From NCBI GenBank assembly GCA_964246225.1, contig CAXTQE010000002.1, positions 7,229 to 71,228 of the forward strand: a stretch of 64,000 nucleotides of DNA, written 5' to 3'. Position numbers and translations under genes: made by a program. Origin of the DNA: an uncultured Acidobacteriaceae bacterium. Its GTDB lineage: Bacteria > Acidobacteriota > Terriglobia > Terriglobales > Acidobacteriaceae. The notes beneath the pieces are model-generated. The model was not told the DNA's origin. It did no database searches and saw only the letters and a list, made by a program, of their open reading frames with translations. Position 1 is the stretch's first letter. Each line of letters starts with the position of its first letter. Shown here piece after piece: positions 63,829 to 64,000 of this stretch.

Positions 63829-64000
63829 TTACCCGGCCTCTTGCTCCCGAGTGTCGTCCCCCTCGAACTCGTTCAGGACCGACTCGACTTCCGTGTCGAA
63901 GCCTTCGAGCATAGCCGCCAGAAAGGCTTCTCTGTCCAGATCCGGATCGGCTTCCGCGTGCACGGTGACGATGTTGCGGGCGAGGTCCGCAAGCATTATT
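63829..64000 (-). CDS. DUF5076-like protein, 3' part
   Basis: IMLADLARNIVTVHAEADPDLDREAFLAAMLEGFDTEV...*. Runs off the window edge. Confidence 0.5.
   Translation of the reverse strand, partial: IMLADLARNIVTVHAEADPDLDREAFLAAMLEGFDTEVESVLNEFEGDDTREQEAG

Overview
GC-rich bacterial DNA. The large carboxypeptidase-regulatory-domain TonB-dependent receptors, PNGase A homologue and GH39/GH144 locus suggest Acidobacteriota (inference). The window has two different halves. 1-35.1 kb is a decaying plasmid-like mosaic with more than 15 frameshifted or truncated genes, IS5 and IS1182 remnants and abrupt gene-to-gene junctions. It also holds some intact cargo: an alpha/beta hydrolase, paoBC, benzoylformate decarboxylase, a PNGase A-family glycanase, GH144, GH39 and LacI. 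Two systems in this half are largely invisible in the ORF track. One is an iteron-type replication origin (four repeats at exact 22-bp spacing, an AT-rich tract and DnaA-like boxes), followed by a 13-7-13 lox-like inverted repeat and a Cre-like recombinase remnant (16.5-17.3 kb). The other is a broken small protein-HTH-reverse transcriptase operon with type VI retron architecture (21.75-22.87 kb). 36.3-61.5 kb is an intact TetR-associated catabolic island of unknown substrate. It has an orphan class I HMG-CoA reductase, BVMO, CoA ligase, thioesterase, several ADH/ALDH, a ThDP enzyme, a lactate-monooxygenase-like enzyme and two TBDRs. The window ends with an HU gene paired with a small coiled-coil/AT-hook protein. 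No rRNA, tRNA or CRISPR array was seen. Family assignments come from motif recognition by eye, not database searches.
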